38,149 nucleotides of DNA, taken from assembly GCA_013239625.1 (NCBI GenBank), contig MU053911.1, forward strand, positions 1,067,590-1,105,738, written 5' to 3'. How positions within the stretch are numbered: position 1 is the stretch's first letter; each line of letters begins with the position of its first letter. The notes under the pieces are model-generated. The model was not told the DNA's origin. It searched no databases and saw only the letters and a list, made by a program, of their open reading frames with translations. This document shows, piece by piece, positions 33,348 through 38,149 of the stretch. Origin of the DNA: Lama guanicoe. Lineage: Eukaryota. Both the position numbers and the translations under genes were made by a program.

Positions 33348-35507
33348 CAGGACGACTGACCATTGGAGTCTCAGCCTGTCGCTGGCCCCAGCTGTCTGTG
33401 CGCGGAGGCCTCCTTGCCTGTTCTTCCGCCCCTGGGTGTGCTGCCTGCCTTCCCTTCATCCTCGAGGCAGGACGCGGGGCAGGCAGACCCGCACACGTAG
33501 CAGGGGACTGAGGGTTCCGGAAACTAAAGACAGAAGTTCTGAAGCAGACCTCGCTTGGACCTAATCTGAAATCACACTCTTACGTGCATCCAGACTCCCC
33601 GCCCTCAACAATGTAAATGTCTGCTCCCAAACTCTCAGAAACTCCCCCCACTGAGTTACAAACAGCCAGCCCAGGACTCTCGACACACAGGCTGAGAAAT
33701 TGCTTTGGAAACCCAAGAGCAAAATCCAGCCACCATCGAGGGCCAACCAGCCGGCGGAAGCAACCTTTCTGTCAATGTGATGCCAACAGGTCAGAAGCTA
33801 GAATTTAATGCCTCAAGAATGGGCTGCGCCCTGGGTGTCAGCCCAGTTTCCCAGAACACAACGGTCAACACCGAGAGTAAGGGCAGTGGGGAGGCCCGCG
33901 GCGGGTCACCAGCACTCTGAAAATGCACGATGACTTAAGATGATTTTGTGTCTGGCGTATTTGAGAAACATTAGCAGTAGATGATTGCAAGCACGACAGC
34001 GCTGACACGCGGTGACGTGGGACAGACCGGGGCTCCCGTTTCCGGGCCAGTCCTGCTGGACGCACCCAGTGTGCACAGAGAAACAGTAAGAGAACGTCAT
34101 GAGCAGCTATATGGCAATAAACCGGACAACCCAGGAGCGTTCAGACTGCATCTCGCAGGCGTCAGACAGCCGCCTGGGCTCCATCTCCAGACCTCCTTTC
34201 TCACAGTCTCGGCTCCCCTGAAAGGGTAAGACACGTGATAAAACCAGGCCACTGCTTCTCATGCTGAAGAAATAGTTGTGAATCAGGGAACTCAGATGTA
34301 AAAACAGACATCCGAATTGTACAAAAATGCCAATTTCAGCAAGGAAAAATAAAGTGATTCACGTAGGTCAAACCTCTGAAGAAGACGGATTTAAAACCAG
34401 CTTCCTCCAGCAATGCACTTACCTCCTCCACAAGGTTCAAACAATGCCTTAAAACATAAAAACTTGCTTGGTGCTTGATGCTTAGACTACTGTGCTAAAA
34501 AACTAATGAAACTGTTTACTGCACAAATCTTAGTAATATGTAGTTCAAACTCCATATGAAAAGTAAACTCAAGAAAAAATTTAAAACTAAGGGCTGATGT
34601 CACTGCACAATGCTGCAAGACACACTGAAACGCGGGCTAGGAGAAACGGAAAAGGAACACGCTTGCCGAAACACAACCGTGTGTGTTTCCACGTCAGAGA
34701 CAACCGGTTCCTCAGGAGCGAACGTCCACTGCTCCAGCCGTCACAGCCCTCCGGGGGGACGCGGGCGCAGGCCATGGGTTTCAGAAACAACACGTTCCGT
34801 GGCTTTAAAGCTACAAGCTGAAAATGGACACGTCACTGAAAGCAGAAGCCTGGGTTTACTCACGTGCGTCTGATTCGCAGGGTCCTCCCCTGCGCCTCCA
34901 CCAGAAGAGCTGTTCCTGACGCACGGATCGTCCTTTCTCACCCGCCCTTATGATCAAGCACAAAACTGAAGGCGTTTACAGCACAAATTAACACAAACTA
35001 CAGCACACTTAGTTCACAGCCCAAAAAGGTAAACCAGGAATGTGCCACCAGCTGAGCACCGAGGCACTCTGGCCACGCAGCCGTGTGGCCCCACGCGGCA
35101 TCAGTCACCCTCTGTAACCCAAAAGAGCCAGTTCCCCACGGGGAACAGGTGCAACCAACACACCACGGTGTGAACCGCACCCCCTACGCGCACAGCTGCT
35201 TCCGGAAGGACGTGCACCAACCCTCCCGCTCGCACCCTGCACCTGTCCTCCCTCCTGACTCCGCAGCCGGCGCCTGTAGCTGGGGTCACTCTGGTGCGGG
35301 GAGACTGTGACTCCAGTAAAGGTGCAGAACAAGGGTAAAGGCAGAGACCCTGGCTGCGCTTGATTCTTTCTCAAAAATCGTTCAGCAGCCTTTCTGTCAC
35401 CTTGAGGATGGCAAATGTCATCAGCACTCCCGCCACGCACTCCCCCTGCATGCACCCCACTCCCCTTTGATGGTAACCACTGAAAGCTCTGGATTCACCT
35501 GTTCCGG

Positions 35508-35635
35508 GGGGAGGGTGTAGCCAAGCAGTGGGGCGCGAGCTTAGCAGGCACGAGGTCCTGGGCTCCATCCCCAGCACCGTCTCCAAATACAACCCAACCT
35601 AATTACCTCCCGCTCACAAAACAAACAGAAAGCAA
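35508..35635 (+). mobile_element. tRNA-derived camelid-type SINE (Vic-1-like)
   Basis: ggggagggtgtagc...cttagcaggcacgaggtcctgggctccatccccagcacc...acctaattacctcc followed by an A-rich tail. A degenerate TSD is seen as tggattcacctgttc (35490-35504) and tggatggacctattc (35640-35654). Confidence 0.85.
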
Positions 35636-36677
35636 AATGTGGATGGACCTATTCTTAAGAGTCAAAACCATCTCAGCCCACTTTAACCTGGCTGCCATGT
35701 CAGACCAAACCATCTTATAACTCAGTGTCGGAGGAGACTGAGGAGTGCAGTTAACGCCTAATTCCCAACAAAATGTCCCCAGAAATAACTAAGGAAAGCT
35801 TGCTTCAGTCCAAGTCAGAAACCCCTCCATCTGCAGACGGTGTGTTTTTGGAAGAAACCTGTATTTGCCCTAGAATAACCTGAGGGGAGCAAATACTGAG
35901 GGTTTGTACTTTTTAAACTGATCCTTAGAGGACTACACTCTGCACATGCTCACCTGGTGACACAGGGAGAAGCTAGGCTCAAAGTTAAAAAATACAGAAG
36001 CTACTCTTGAAAATATGAAGTGTTTTTAAGTTTAGAAGCGTCTCATTAACTGAGGTTGTGAAAAAAGCAAGAACGTACAACTCTGGCAACACAAGAGTAA
36101 GAGGAAACACAATGTGATGACGCTTTTGTGAAACAGACGCAGCAAAGCAACGTCACAGAACCTGCCAGGAACACGCTCCTCCCATCTCAGTGACGTCGGC
36201 GGCAACACTGTCTCTTCTGCTGCGATTAGGAAACCATTCTGGTAACGAAGGGAAAATACACTTTCCCGAGTGGTCCACACGTACACATCCTACCTAAGTC
36301 GTTCTCTCTCAAGAAGAAAAAAAAAAGGTTACACTTTATGAAACAGGAGAAGTGTTACAGGCCCCTAACTCGTCACATGTTCTTCAGGTGCTTCCTAACA
36401 AGCACTTCACAAGAACATGCGCTTCAGCGGCTCACAACAAACAGTGCTGTGCTTAGAACCACCCTGGACGTGGCCGCAGGCTCTCGCTGACGAGAACTGG
36501 CCCCGTCCACGGAGCAGAGAACGCCTTGTGTGAAAACACACGTGTGCACGCACGGGGCTCCAGGAGTGAAAACCCACGTGTGTGCACAGGGCTGGGCTTC
36601 GCTGCACGGTGGTCCTTCCACATGCAGCTCAGTCAGAACGTGGAAAAGCCTAAGACAGATGCCTTAGCATCCCACCT

Positions 36678-36737
36678 GCACACACACACGTGCACACCCA
36701 CGTGTACACACCTACACACACCCACACACGCGCACAC
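36678..36737. repeat. Degenerate (CA)n tract
   Basis: gcacacacacacgtgcacacccacgtgtacacacctacacacacccacacacgcgcacac. Confidence 0.8.
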
Positions 36738-38149
36738 CAGATACTACAAATTCCTAGTGTTTGAATACAAAACCCACCCGATTTCCTTTACTTTGTACCT
36801 GAGGACCATTAACAAGAGTTCAAAACCAGTACCCTCAGGCCCCGCAGGACCGAGGCAGCTTGATTTTGAGCTGCGCGTGCTCCACTTAAAAAGGAAGGCC
36901 ACTGAACAGGCACGTGGACGTCTGTGCAACTTACAGGTCTTAAGGCTTGTCTTTGTTGAATTAAAAGACCGCCCACCTTTCTGAGTTAGCGTCTCTGTCC
37001 TTTCACCGTCAGGATGTGCCTGTCACTCTGCTGACTTCCACAGCTAGACTGTGACTTCCCATCTAATCAAGACGCAGGCGTCGCACAGACACAGGAACAC
37101 ATGGGTGACACAGCGGCAGTACTGGGGTAAATGGCTGACATGCACGCGCTGGGCCCTGCACACACCCTGACGCACGAATTCCATCCATCTACTTCCAAGA
37201 CTGCTGTTTTGCTGAGGCAGATTCTTCAACTGCACACTTTAACTGAATGCTTTCCCTCATGAGCCCAGCAAACTGTGCAGCACGTGACACTTCTGCTTCT
37301 CTTGGTTTTTTCCCATTTAATACACAATCTTAATTCTCCTGACAACTCTCAGGGGTGACATTACACTCCTATTCCAACCATCATCCCTACCCCACAAAAG
37401 CAAACAAAACCTTAATTTTGAAACGTATTTCCTATGGGAACATTTCCTCAAGCAGTGATGTATAAAAACGAAACTATGAGGCTGCTTACATGTGACACGC
37501 TGGCTCCCAGCAGAGAGACGAGGCTCTGAGGAGGGATGTGTCTTCCTTGAAGGAAAAAAAAAAAGTGCCTTTCTTTGTCAAGAGTGTCACACACAGTTAT
37601 GCACAAAATGGCCCAGGACCTGAGGGCAGGAGCCTAACTGAGCTCTTCAGCTACACAGCCAACGTGCCCCACACCCCCCCAGAGACCACGTCTGCCCCTT
37701 AACGCGGAAAGTGACCTCACTGCACCCGACGGCTCGGAGCTTAGCCACCGAAGGGCAAGTTTAGGGGAGCGGTGCACCTTCACTGTTACCCCTACTGCTG
37801 GACCCACAAGCCATTCCAGGCAGTTTAGGGCAGGAAGTTAGAAATGCTCAGCAGAATTTAATTAAACAATTGGATTCTGGCAGAGAACTCCAGGGACACA
37901 CCCTACTTCGATAAACAAAGCCACGGAATCTGGAATGACAACACAGGCGCTCACATTCAAATTCTCAAGCTCGCCGCCAACACAGGGGCCCCCACCCTCA
38001 GCTCTGAGTAGGATTTTAAACCCCACGCTTCTTCCAGGGGGAAGAGAAAAGATTCCGCCTATTGAATCAGCATCCTTAATTTCCTCGTTCATTTTGGCAC
38101 TATTTTCTGTGTATTCTAGAAGGTTTAATTTCTTAAAAACGGGTTTTAC

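Noticed and set aside
35508..35580. tRNA gene
   Set aside because: It is the degenerate tRNA-derived head of a SINE, with a SINE tail and TSD.
37862..38149. Open minus-strand frame at the window edge (MNEEIKDADSIGGIF...)
   Set aside because: No recognisable homology and weak splice signals. It cannot be judged without flanking sequence.

Overview
Mammalian genomic DNA, most likely a camelid, judging by a Vic-1-type tRNA-derived SINE and artiodactyl-type L1 3' ends. The only confident protein-coding feature is coding exon 1 of cyclin Y (CCNY, minus strand, 1689-1536), inside a CpG-island promoter whose leader holds two short uORFs. The rest is ~36 kb of upstream sequence. It contains a degenerate class I ERV (pro-pol-env, PABL_B/HERV-R(b)-like env) with no visible gag or LTRs, abutting the promoter. 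There are also L1, L2, MIR, MaLR and SINE relics, a 33-bp minisatellite, a second small CpG-rich patch and CTCF motifs. Three signals deserve follow-up: (i) AT-to-GC drift in repeats and in CCNY exon 1, apparently including amino-acid changes; (ii) strand skew plus candidate micro-exons hinting at a minus-strand transcription unit over ~14-38 kb; (iii) odd L1/ERV junction structures. I found no convincing novel protein-coding system. Repeat boundaries and family names were assigned by eye against recalled consensus sequences and are approximate.
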